A stretch of 64,000 nucleotides of DNA from NCBI GenBank assembly GCA_037444405.1, contig JBBIML010000016.1:1-64000 (forward strand), in the 5' to 3' direction. The position numbers and the translations under genes were made by a program. Below are positions 9,527 through 18,376 of the stretch, one piece after another. Position 1 is the stretch's first letter, and the number at the start of each line of letters is the position of its first letter. The notes beneath the pieces are model-generated. The model ran no database searches. It saw only the letters and a program-made list of their open reading frames with translations, and was not told where the DNA came from. The DNA is from Armatimonadota bacterium. Its GTDB lineage: Bacteria; Armatimonadota; Fimbriimonadia; Fimbriimonadales; GBS-DC.

Positions 9527-10576
9527 ATGAGCGAGGCACGCATGGTGGATGTGGGCGAGAAAGCGGAAAGCGTGCGCGAGGCGGTCGCCGAAGCGGTTCT
9601 GCAGGGCGACCCGCAGGTGTTGCACGCGCTCTGGGCGGGCGCACTGCCCAAAGGCGAGGCGCGCAACGCTGCCCAGATTGCAGGCATCCTCGCTGCCAAG
9701 CGCACCCCCGAACTGCTGCCGATGTGCCACCCCATCCGCCTCGATAGCGTGCAGGTCAGCCTCACGCTGGAAGGGGATCAGATAGTGATTCGGGCGCAGG
9801 CGCGCACGCACGACCGCACAGGCGTGGAGATGGAGGCACTCACAGCAGCGACCATCGCCGCGCTCACGCTCTACGATTGGGCGAAATCGCACGACCCCGC
9901 GATGGAGTTCTCCGTGCGCCTGATATACAAATCAGGAGGCAAGTCGGGGCGCTGGGAGCGCAGCGCCCCATCGGTCAAAGTCCCCCCGCCTGCGGGGGGG
10001 TTGAGGGGGGCTGGAGAATCTGCGGAGTCGCGGCGATTAACAGGCATCCGCGCTGCTGTGTTGACCCTCAGCGACCGCGCCAGTCACGGCGTCTACCCCG
10101 ACGAGAGCGGCGCTCTGATCCGGCAGTGGCTCCAGCAGCATGGCGCAGAGGTGGTCGCATACACCGTTCTGCCCGACGAACCAGAGCAGATAAAAGCCGA
10201 GCTGATTCGCCTGACCGATACGCTGAATCCCGATTTGATTCTCACAACAGGGGGCACCGGTTTCAGCCCACGCGACCAGACCCCTGAAGCAACGCGCGCC
10301 GTGATAGACCGCGAGCTGAGCGCGCTCACCGAGTACCTGCGTGCGCGCACGGGGCTGACTAACCCGCTGGCGTACCTTTCGCGTGCGACGGCAGGCGTCC
10401 GCCATCGCACGCTGATTCTCAACCTGCCCGGTAGCCCTCGCGCGGTGCAGGAGCATCTGCACGCGCTGACGGCGCTGCTCCCCCACGCGCTGGAGATGAT
10501 TCGGGGGCAACCGTGTGGTGGGGAGCATCAGGGCGCAGGAAGCGCGCCCGTGCAGGAGGGTGACGCCCATGAGTGA
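9527..10576 (+). CDS. moaC: Fused MoaC / MoaB-MogA molybdopterin adenylyltransferase
   Basis: MVDVGEK, LLPMCHP, TGVEMEAL and KSGGKSG, followed by SDRA, TTGGTGFSPRDQTPEA and NLPGSP. Confidence 0.92.
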   Translation: MSEARMVDVGEKAESVREAVAEAVLQGDPQVLHALWAGALPKGEARNAAQIAGILAAKRTPELLPMCHPIRLDSVQVSLTLEGDQIVIRAQARTHDRTGVEMEALTAATIAALTLYDWAKSHDPAMEFSVRLIYKSGGKSGRWERSAPSVKVPPPAGGLRGAGESAESRRLTGIRAAVLTLSDRASHGVYPDESGALIRQWLQQHGAEVVAYTVLPDEPEQIKAELIRLTDTLNPDLILTTGGTGFSPRDQTPEATRAVIDRELSALTEYLRARTGLTNPLAYLSRATAGVRHRTLILNLPGSPRAVQEHLHALTALLPHALEMIRGQPCGGEHQGAGSAPVQEGDAHE

Positions 10577-11312
10577 GCCGCTGCTCGTTCTCGGCTTCTT
10601 TATGATTGCCCTGCTCTATGCTTCTGTGGGGCACGGGGGCGCAACGGGCTATCTGGCGCTGATCGCGCTGCTGATGCCTGTGATTCCCCAACAGGAGGCG
10701 TCCAGCACCGCGCTGATGCTCAACACGCTGGTGGCTGGGCTGGCGCTCGTGCAGTTCGCGCGAGCGGGGCACTTCCCCACCCCTCTGGCGGCTGCTTTCC
10801 TGATCACCTCCATCCCTGCCGCCTTTCTGGGCGGGATGCTGAAAGTTCCGCTCTGGCTGTTTCATCTGCTGTTGCTGATAGGGCTGGTGATGGCGGCGGT
10901 GCGCCTGCTGATAGGAGGGTGGAATCCCGATTCGGTCGCGCTCCGTCCCCTGCCGAAGCCGTTCGCAGGCGCGATTGGCTTCGGGATTGGGCTGATGTCG
11001 GGAATCGTGGGGATTGGCGGCGGCATCTTTTTGAGTCCGCTGCTGGTGCTGATGCGCTGGGCGACTCCGCACGACACGGCGGGCGTTGCCGCGTCATTCG
11101 TGTTGTTCAACTCGCTGGCAGGATTGCTGGCGCGAGCGACACTCGGCACGCTGACCGTTGGCTCGCTCTGGCTCCCGATGGGCGCGGCGATTGCAGGCGG
11201 ACTCATCGGCAGCTATCTCGGCGCACGGCAGTGGACGCCTTTACGGCTCAATCGCGCACTGGCGCTCGTGTTGATGGTCGCCAGTGGTAAACTGATATTC
11301 ACCCTGTTGTAG
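10569..11312 (+). CDS. TauE/SafE-family (TSUP) sulfite exporter-like permease
   Basis: YASVGHGGATGY and GIVGIGGGIFLSP repeats, about 8 TM helices. Confidence 0.85.
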   Translation: MSEPLLVLGFFMIALLYASVGHGGATGYLALIALLMPVIPQQEASSTALMLNTLVAGLALVQFARAGHFPTPLAAAFLITSIPAAFLGGMLKVPLWLFHLLLLIGLVMAAVRLLIGGWNPDSVALRPLPKPFAGAIGFGIGLMSGIVGIGGGIFLSPLLVLMRWATPHDTAGVAASFVLFNSLAGLLARATLGTLTVGSLWLPMGAAIAGGLIGSYLGARQWTPLRLNRALALVLMVASGKLIFTLL

Positions 11313-11322
11313 GGGGCAAGCG

Positions 11323-12552
11323 ATGATTAGCGTGGAAGAGGCGCAGGCGAAGGTTTTAGAGCAGGCGGAACCGCTTGGCATCGAGGCGGTGGATTTGATG
11401 GCGAGTCTGGGGCGCGTGCTGGCTGAAACCCTTATTGCGCCGCACGACCTGCCGCCGTTTGATAACTCGGCGATGGATGGCTACGCCCTGCGCTCGCACG
11501 ATACGCTTGCGGCAACCCCCGACGCGCCCCTACGCCTGCGGATTGTGGGCGAGTCGGCGGCGGGAGGCAGTTATCCGTACCCCCTGCGCTCAGGCGAGGC
11601 GGTGCAGATTCACACGGGCGCGCCCATTCCCGAAGGCGCCGACACCGTACTCCCGCTGGAGCAGGCGCAGATTCGCGACGGGATGCTTGTGGTGGATACG
11701 CCCGTGCGTTATGGCATGCATATCCGCCCGAAAGGGCTGGATGTCAAAGCGGGCGAGCCGTTGCTTGAAGCAGGTACACGCCTGCAGATGACCCACATGG
11801 GGCTGCTCGCCGCGCTGGGGCTGACCCCGCTCAAGGTGTATCGTCGCCCGCGCGTGGCGCTCATCACCACCGGGAGCGAGCTGCTGCCTTACGACGCGCC
11901 GCTCAAGCCCGACGCCATCCGCGATTCGAACAGCGTGCTGTTGCGCCTGTGGCTGAGTGCATGGGGCGTGCCGTTTCGGTTTCTGGGTATCGTGCCCGAC
12001 GAAGAGAAGCCGACGCGGGATGCTCTGGAGGAGGCGGTGCGCGAGGCGGAGGTGGTGCTGCTGACGGGCGGCGCATCGGTCGGCGGGCGCGATTGGGTCA
12101 AGCCTGCGCTCCAGCAGCTCGGCGCGGAAACCGTCTTCTGGCGCGTAAAGATGAAACCCGGCAAACCTCTGCTGTTCGCGCGATGGGGCAGGACGGCAAT
12201 CTTCGGTCTGCCTGGCAACCCGCTGGCATCGGTGGTGGGGCTGCTGCTCTTTGTGCGTCCCTACCTGCGTGCGCTGGAGGGCGAGACCCAGACCCTGCCC
12301 CCATGCTGGACGGCGCGGCTGGGCACACCCGTGCAAAAGAACGAGTCGCGCGCCGAGTTCCAGACCGCCCGCCTCACCGTCGATGGGGAAGGCGTTCTCT
12401 GGGCGACGCCGACCCCTGAACAGGGTTCCTCCCTGCTGGGCAGCCTTGCCAGAGCGAACGCTTTCCTCTACCTGCCTGCAGGCGAGAGCCATTACCCCGC
12501 AGGCACACCCGTCAAAGTCTTTCCAATCCTGCCGATGGAGGGAGCCTTATGA
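11323..12552 (+). CDS. moeA: Molybdopterin molybdotransferase
   Basis: PPFDNSAMDGYA, TGSEL, IRDSN, GGASVG, KPGKP, GLPGNP. Confidence 0.95.
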   Translation: MISVEEAQAKVLEQAEPLGIEAVDLMASLGRVLAETLIAPHDLPPFDNSAMDGYALRSHDTLAATPDAPLRLRIVGESAAGGSYPYPLRSGEAVQIHTGAPIPEGADTVLPLEQAQIRDGMLVVDTPVRYGMHIRPKGLDVKAGEPLLEAGTRLQMTHMGLLAALGLTPLKVYRRPRVALITTGSELLPYDAPLKPDAIRDSNSVLLRLWLSAWGVPFRFLGIVPDEEKPTRDALEEAVREAEVVLLTGGASVGGRDWVKPALQQLGAETVFWRVKMKPGKPLLFARWGRTAIFGLPGNPLASVVGLLLFVRPYLRALEGETQTLPPCWTARLGTPVQKNESRAEFQTARLTVDGEGVLWATPTPEQGSSLLGSLARANAFLYLPAGESHYPAGTPVKVFPILPMEGAL

Positions 12553-12794
12553 CCATCTCGCTACTGGTGTTTGCGCATCTCAAGCCGATTCTGGGCGCGG
12601 AGTCCCGTCCGGTAAGCCTGCCTGAGGGGGCTACTGTGCGCCAGCTGCTGGATTGCCTGCTGACCGAGTTCCCTGCGCTGAGCGAATGGCTCCCCTCTGT
12701 GCGGGTGGCAGTCAACTGCGAGTACGCCGCGCCGGACACGGTTCTGCACGAGGGTGATGAGGTCGCGCTCATTCCCCCTGTGAGTGGAGGCTAA
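12549..12794 (+). CDS. moaD: Molybdopterin synthase sulfur carrier
   Basis: 81 aa ubiquitin-like protein ending DEVALIPPVSGG. Confidence 0.95.
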   Translation: MTISLLVFAHLKPILGAESRPVSLPEGATVRQLLDCLLTEFPALSEWLPSVRVAVNCEYAAPDTVLHEGDEVALIPPVSGG

Positions 12795-12797
12795 GCG

Positions 12798-13175
12798 ATG
12801 CGGTATCTCACCTACGAGCCGTTATCGCCCGAAGAGTGGCATCGGGAAGTGATGGACGAGCATTCGGGCGCGAGCGTCGAGTTTCTGGGCGTGGTGCGGC
12901 GCCTGGAAAATGGCGTGCCGATCGAGTATCTGGAGTATGAGGCGTATGTGCCGATGGCAGAAGCGCTCCTCGAGCGGCTGATCCAGCAGGCGCGGGAACA
13001 GTTCGGCTTGAGCAGGGTCTATTTCCGCCATCGACTGGGCGCGATTCGCGTGGGCGAGATTGCGGTGATTATCGGCGTGCATGCCCCGCACCGCGCCGAA
13101 GCCTTCGCAGGCTGCCAGTTCCTGCTGGAGGCGCTCAAGCGCGACATCCCCATCTGGAAGGTGAGCGCCCGATGA
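12798..13175 (+). CDS. moaE: Molybdopterin synthase catalytic subunit
   Basis: GASVEFLGVVR, LEYEAY, HRLG, HRAEAF, PIWK. Confidence 0.93.
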   Translation: MRYLTYEPLSPEEWHREVMDEHSGASVEFLGVVRRLENGVPIEYLEYEAYVPMAEALLERLIQQAREQFGLSRVYFRHRLGAIRVGEIAVIIGVHAPHRAEAFAGCQFLLEALKRDIPIWKVSAR

Positions 13176-13768
13176 ACCCAACGGAGCTGACGGGCGCAGT
13201 TCTTGCAGGCGGTCAATCGCGCCGATTCGGGCAGCCCAAAGCCCTGTTTGAGTTCAGGGGTCAGCCGCTGCTCTACCATGTATTGGATGCACTGGAGGAG
13301 GTTTGCGCCGAGCGGCTGGTGGTCGCCCGCGTTGAAACTCCGCTCCCGCCCCTGCCGCCCCCTGTGCGCCTGGCTTTTGACGAGTTCACGCCCCAGCACC
13401 CGCTGAGCGGAATCCTCACCGCGCTCAAACAGGCAGCGCATGAGTGGGTGTTTCTTTGCGCCGTGGATATGCCCTTTCTGAAGCCCGCGCTGATTCGCTG
13501 GATGTTTGAGACCTTTCACGACGTCAGCGCGGAGGTCATCGTGCCTGAATGCGGGGGACGCCTTCAGCCATTACACGCCCTCTACCGACGGGACGCTTAT
13601 GAGAATCTGCTCCCCTTTTTACAGGGCGAGCCGATACCTTCCCTGCAGAACATCCTGCGCACGCCAGCGCTCAAAGTGCGCCTCCTGTCCCCCGCCGAAT
13701 GGCAACGCCTGGACCCGGACGGTAAAAGCTTTATCAACCTGAACCAGCCAGTGGAAGAGCCACCATAG
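13172..13768 (+). CDS. mobA: Molybdenum cofactor guanylyltransferase
   Basis: LAGGQSRRFG.PK, PLSGI, VDMPF, QPLHALY, FINLN. Confidence 0.93.
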   Translation: MNPTELTGAVLAGGQSRRFGQPKALFEFRGQPLLYHVLDALEEVCAERLVVARVETPLPPLPPPVRLAFDEFTPQHPLSGILTALKQAAHEWVFLCAVDMPFLKPALIRWMFETFHDVSAEVIVPECGGRLQPLHALYRRDAYENLLPFLQGEPIPSLQNILRTPALKVRLLSPAEWQRLDPDGKSFINLNQPVEEPP

Positions 13769-13883
13769 GCGAAAACAGGTGGCGCATTCGGGTATAATAG
13801 CAACGGGCGCAACTGCCATCAGGGCAGGAAAGGAATGAACAGGGTTTCGACGCGACAACGATGCGGTATAATAATCCGACGGT

Positions 13884-13959
<76 letters not shown>

Positions 13960-14106
13960 GATCACCTCACAAACGAACCCCAAATGCCCTGCCCGCACGG
14001 CAGGAAAATATTCCACAACGGGGAACCCCTGTGGAATAAAGCAAGTATAGGAATCTGTCCCCCACAGCCACTGTGGGAGCCAACCAATCCAAACAGGGAG
14101 GTCAAC

Positions 14107-14595
14107 ATGTTCGAATTTGAACCCGATCAGGTGTACCTGACCGAGAGCGGCTATCGCCAGCTGGAAGCGGAATTGAAACGCCTCCAGACGGTCGAACGTG
14201 CCCGTATCGCGGACGAGTTCCGCGCCTACAAAGAACATGGCGAGTTCAGCTCCGAAGACACCGAGCTGGAAAGCCTCAAAAGCGAGCTCGCCTATGTCGA
14301 AGCCCGCATCATGGAGCTGCGCAATGTGCTGCAAAACGCGATTATCGTGCGCGAAGCTGACATCCCCACCGATCGCGTCGGCGTCGGCTCCATGGTCACC
14401 ATCGAGGAGGTGGAAAGCGGCACGCGCAAACAGTTCCGCATCGTGGGCGCGATGGAAGCCGACCCCGAAAACCACAAACTCTCCTATCAGGCGCCACTCG
14501 CCCGCGCCCTCATCGGGCATCAGGTCGGCGACGAAGTCGAAGTCACGATGCCCAAAGGCACCTTCCGCTACCGTATTCTCAGCATCGAGAAGTAG
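14107..14595 (+). CDS. greA: GreA/GreB-family transcription elongation factor with an atypical tip
   Basis: LTESGYRQLEAELKRL coiled coil and C-terminal VGVGSMV...IVG..EADP...SYQAPLARALIG. Confidence 0.85.
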   Translation: MFEFEPDQVYLTESGYRQLEAELKRLQTVERARIADEFRAYKEHGEFSSEDTELESLKSELAYVEARIMELRNVLQNAIIVREADIPTDRVGVGSMVTIEEVESGTRKQFRIVGAMEADPENHKLSYQAPLARALIGHQVGDEVEVTMPKGTFRYRILSIEK

Positions 14596-14597
14596 CG

Positions 14598-15485
14598 ATG
14601 CGCTTTCTCACCTGTTGCCCCCAGCCCGATTCACCTCCGTGCCTTGCCGTGTGGCGTGAATCGGGCTGGTTTCGGCTGGAGGGCTGCCGCGATTTCGACG
14701 ACTGGCTGCGCCTCACGCCCGCCGAACGCGAGCAACGGCTCGCCGCCGCGCAGCCCATCCAGCCCGCCCGCTACCTGCCGCCCATCCTCGTCCCGCCCAG
14801 CATCCGCGACTTCTACGCCTTCGAAACCCATGTGCGCAACACCCACCAGCGACGCGGGCAACCGATGCCGCCCGAATGGTATCAGATTCCCGCCTTCTAC
14901 TTCTCCAACCCCGCCTGCCTCGTCGGACACGAGCAACCCGTGCGCAAGCCGCCCGACACCGAACAGCTCGACTACGAGCTGGAGCTGGCGGTCATCATCG
15001 GGCGCGAAGGGGGCGACTGGAGCCTGCAGGAAGCCGAAGCCGCCATCGCCGGCTTCACCATCATGAACGACTGGAGCGCTCGCGACATCCAGCGACGCGA
15101 AACCCGCATCGGGCTCGGACCCGCCAAAGCCAAAGACTTCGCCACCTCGCTCGGACCCTGGGTCGTCACGCCCGACGAGCTGGAAGCGTGGCGCGAACCC
15201 GACCCACAACGCGGCAGCCGCTGGCACCTGACCATGCGCGCATGGATCAACGGCGAGCTGTTCTCCGAAGGCAACGCCGCCGAGATGCACTGGACCTTCG
15301 CCGAACTGATTGCCCACGCCTCGCGCAACACCCGCCTGCAGATGGGCGATGTGATCGGCTCCGGCACCGTCGGCACAGGCTGCCTGCTCGAACGCCCCGA
15401 AGGCAGCCACCGCTGGCTCCTGCCAGGCGATACCGTCGAACTCGAAATCACAGGAATCGGCACCCTGCGCAACACCATCATTTGA
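14598..15485 (+). CDS. Fumarylacetoacetate hydrolase family protein
   Basis: RDFYAFETH, LDYELELA, NDWSARD, KAKDF, GSGT. Confidence 0.92.
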   Translation: MRFLTCCPQPDSPPCLAVWRESGWFRLEGCRDFDDWLRLTPAEREQRLAAAQPIQPARYLPPILVPPSIRDFYAFETHVRNTHQRRGQPMPPEWYQIPAFYFSNPACLVGHEQPVRKPPDTEQLDYELELAVIIGREGGDWSLQEAEAAIAGFTIMNDWSARDIQRRETRIGLGPAKAKDFATSLGPWVVTPDELEAWREPDPQRGSRWHLTMRAWINGELFSEGNAAEMHWTFAELIAHASRNTRLQMGDVIGSGTVGTGCLLERPEGSHRWLLPGDTVELEITGIGTLRNTII

Positions 15486-15498
15486 GAAACGCTCCGCA

Positions 15499-15560
15499 TG
15501 GCTGGAGCGTCCCGCTCCAGATCACTCACTCGCGTGGCTGGAGCGTCCCGCTCCAGATCA
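15499..15560. repeat. Two tandem palindromic repeats between convergent genes
   Basis: tggctggagcgtcccgctccagatca at 15499-15524 and 15535-15560. Confidence 0.85.
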
Positions 15561-15561
15561 A

Positions 15562-16245
15562 TCACTCCAGCAGGGAAGGTTGATGAGGGTCGGGCACAAC
15601 GCGCGCGCCGCCCGCCACCTGATGCGCCAGGCGCGTCGGCTCCGGCAGACGATGCTGACGCACACACGCCATCACGGTCCGAATGGCGCCCTCCAGCGTG
15701 ATGCGATGCCCGACCGACACGAACAGCGGCGCCTGACCCTTCTGCGTGCGTAAGACCGCGCCGATCACCTCCTTTCTGTCCACCAGCGGTGTCCACGCGC
15801 CCGGCTCATCGGGCGGCGGCTCAAAGCGTCCCCACAGGCGCGACTTGGCACAGCCAATCGCCGGCTTATCCAGATAGACGCCAAGATGCGTCGCGATGCC
15901 CATCCGTCGTGGGTGGGCAATCCCCTGTCCGTCCACCATCAGCAGGTCGGGCGCAAAGCGCAGGCGGGCGATGGCTTCTAACAGCGCAGGCGCCTCCCGA
16001 AACGCCAGCAGCCCCGGAATGTAGGGAAACGACACAGGCAGCTCGGCGACCGCCTGATCAAGCGGAATCATGTCGGGATAGCGGAGGGCGACCGCCGCGG
16101 CGTGCGCCTGCTCACCACGAAAACCCACATCCAGCCCCACCACAATCGCGCCGGGCGCGGGCGGCTCACCCTCGCAAAGAACCCGCGCCCGCAACTGCTG
16201 CTGGATCGCGATTGCCTCCTCGGGCGATACATCCCAGCGGTGCAT
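15562..16245 (-). CDS. nfi: Endonuclease V
   Basis: GLDVGF, PYIPGLLAFRE, DGQGIAHPRRMGIATHLG, GCAKS, PEPTRLAH. Confidence 0.96.
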   Translation of the reverse strand: MHRWDVSPEEAIAIQQQLRARVLCEGEPPAPGAIVVGLDVGFRGEQAHAAAVALRYPDMIPLDQAVAELPVSFPYIPGLLAFREAPALLEAIARLRFAPDLLMVDGQGIAHPRRMGIATHLGVYLDKPAIGCAKSRLWGRFEPPPDEPGAWTPLVDRKEVIGAVLRTQKGQAPLFVSVGHRITLEGAIRTVMACVRQHRLPEPTRLAHQVAGGARVVPDPHQPSLLE

Positions 16246-16253
16246 AGCTGCCT

Positions 16254-16874
16254 CTATTCGCCTTCGACAGGCGCGCCTGCCTCCGCTGCAATCTCCTCTG
16301 CCACCTCCTCCTCGACAGCCACCTTCGGCGCCTCTACCGTCGCGACCGTCTCGTCAGGATCGTCCAGCACCTGCACATTCGGCGGCAAAACCAGATCGCG
16401 CACATGGATCGAATCGCCGAACTCTTTGAGCGCGCTCAAATCGACCGTGATGGCTTCGGGAATGTCCTTCGGCAGGCAGCGCACAGTGAGCTTCTCGATA
16501 GGGTGGATCAGTGTGCCGCCCATGCGCATCGCGTCCGATTCGCCCACGAACACAATCGGCACCTCGGTCTCGATGGGTTCGTCCATCGGCAGTGCCCAGA
16601 GGCTCACATGGCGGATGCGGGCGGTGATTGGCTCGCGATCCACCTCACGTAGCAGGGTGGCAATACGCTTGCTATCCAGCTCCACCTCGATCAGATGCGT
16701 CGTACCCGCTTCGTGCAGCACATGGAGCAGCTCGCGCTCGTTGAACTGCACCGGCTGCGACTGCCCCTTGCTGTCATAGATGGCGCCGGGCACGATGCCG
16801 TTACGCAACAGCCGCCGGCTCTTCTTGCCCGTCAGCGTGCGCGGTTCCGCTTTCAGCTGCAGGGTTTTCGTCAT
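16254..16874 (-). CDS. rplY: 50S ribosomal protein L25 / Ctc
   Basis: GKKSRRLLRNGIVPGAIY, long Ctc C-terminal domain and an acidic tail. Confidence 0.93.
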   Translation of the reverse strand: MTKTLQLKAEPRTLTGKKSRRLLRNGIVPGAIYDSKGQSQPVQFNERELLHVLHEAGTTHLIEVELDSKRIATLLREVDREPITARIRHVSLWALPMDEPIETEVPIVFVGESDAMRMGGTLIHPIEKLTVRCLPKDIPEAITVDLSALKEFGDSIHVRDLVLPPNVQVLDDPDETVATVEAPKVAVEEEVAEEIAAEAGAPVEGE

Positions 16875-16897
16875 ACAGCTCACCTCCCGCTATTGTT

Positions 16898-18316
16898 TTA
16901 CCCGATAAGGCGGGAGCGCTCGCGCCAGCGGGAGGGGAGGATTCGATGCCGATTGCGGTACTTGCTGACCGTGCGGCGGGCGATGTGGATGCCCATCTCG
17001 GCAAGCTTGTCGGCAATCTCAGCGTCGGTCAGGCTGCGACCGCCGCACTCGTTCTCATCGATAATCTGATGGATGAGCATGGCGACGCGATAGGAGGCGT
17101 CAAAGAACACGTCGAGGGGCACAAGCGAGCCGCTGGGCAACTGAAGCCATTTGTTGCGCACGGCGCGCCCGACAGTGGAGCGGTGCAGACCCGTCGCCTC
17201 CGCCAGCTCCGCACGGGTCATCGGCTGCAAAAAGCGCGGGTCGCCCGTGAAAAGGAACGGGAACTGACGCTGCACCAGCACCTCCATGATGCGCTTGAGC
17301 GTCTGCTGCCGCTGCTGAAGCGCCTGCAGGAAGATTCGGGCGCGGCTGACATACTGGAAGATATGCTCGCGCTCCTCACGCGAGAGAGCAAAAGATTTTT
17401 CGCCGCCACTGTCCGCCCGGCGTGCCACCAAGTACTGCTCAGCGTAGCTGCGGCTCAGGCGTATCGTTTCGGGCGACGGTCCACGCAGCTCCACGCTCAG
17501 CCCTGCTGGCTTCCTGTAGCGCACAATAATATCGGGTTCTATCGGGGGCGATTCGGTGGACAGCGTCAGGTTCTCTCCGAACCCATCGCCGGGGTAGGGC
17601 GACAGCGTATTGCGAATGAACCGCAACACCCGCTGGATGGTGGCTTCATCGGTTTTCAGCTTGCGGGCGACCGCCGACAGGCGCGCACTGGTCAGCTCGT
17701 GCCAGGCGTCTTTGACCACCCGATAGGTAAGTTCCACCAGCTCCTGATCCACCTGCGGGTTGCCCATCAATGCTCGGAGCTGGATCAGCATGCACTCACG
17801 CAGGTCGCGCGCACCCACACCCGGCGGGTCGCACCGCTGCAACTCGGCTAACACCCGCATCACCGCTTCAGGCGAGCAGTTCAACTGCAGCGCGACCTCC
17901 TCCACAGAAGCCTGAAGATAGCCACGCGGGTTCAGCGACTCGACCAGATAGTCGGCAATCGGGTGCAATTCAGATGGCAGGTTCAGCAGCAGCTGCTCGC
18001 GCACATGCTCCTTCAGCTCCAGCGGCGGCACCGCCAGCCACTCCTCGCTCGCCTCCTCTTCTTCAAACCAGCTGTTCTCGACATCCTCATCGGGATCGCT
18101 GGTATCGGTGGAGATAATCACAGGCTGGAATGCGGGGGTGAACGGCTGGGACTCATCGGTGGGTTCCAGCGCGGGGTTCTCCTCCAGCTCCTGGGCGAGC
18201 AACTGCTCCAGCTGCTGGACATTGAGTTCGAGCATACGCGCCAGCAGCTTCAGTCCGGGGCTGGCTTGCACCCCGACCTTGACCTGCGCTTTAGCCCCTG
18301 CCCTTATTTGAGCCAT
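16898..18316 (-). CDS. rpoN: RNA polymerase sigma-54 factor
   Basis: ELEENPALE, DPPGVGARDLRECMLIQL, HRSTVGRAV and RpoN box ARRTVSKYR. Confidence 0.95.
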   Translation of the reverse strand: MAQIRAGAKAQVKVGVQASPGLKLLARMLELNVQQLEQLLAQELEENPALEPTDESQPFTPAFQPVIISTDTSDPDEDVENSWFEEEEASEEWLAVPPLELKEHVREQLLLNLPSELHPIADYLVESLNPRGYLQASVEEVALQLNCSPEAVMRVLAELQRCDPPGVGARDLRECMLIQLRALMGNPQVDQELVELTYRVVKDAWHELTSARLSAVARKLKTDEATIQRVLRFIRNTLSPYPGDGFGENLTLSTESPPIEPDIIVRYRKPAGLSVELRGPSPETIRLSRSYAEQYLVARRADSGGEKSFALSREEREHIFQYVSRARIFLQALQQRQQTLKRIMEVLVQRQFPFLFTGDPRFLQPMTRAELAEATGLHRSTVGRAVRNKWLQLPSGSLVPLDVFFDASYRVAMLIHQIIDENECGGRSLTDAEIADKLAEMGIHIARRTVSKYRNRHRILPSRWRERSRLIG

Positions 18317-18336
18317 CGTGCCCTCCAGTAGCCTGT

Positions 18337-18372
18337 CTATGGAGTGCTGAAGCCCTGCTTCAGCACCCATAG
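18337..18372. repeat. Dispersed REP-like palindrome, family A (also at 20822-20856 and 34022-34054)
   Basis: Consensus tgga(g/c)tgctgaagc-3 nt-gcttcagc found at three intergenic sites. Confidence 0.75.
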
Positions 18373-18376
18373 TCTG

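Noticed and set aside
15499..15560. Possible mini-CRISPR
   Set aside because: Two copies with a 10-bp spacer between convergent genes; fits a REP or bidirectional terminator better.
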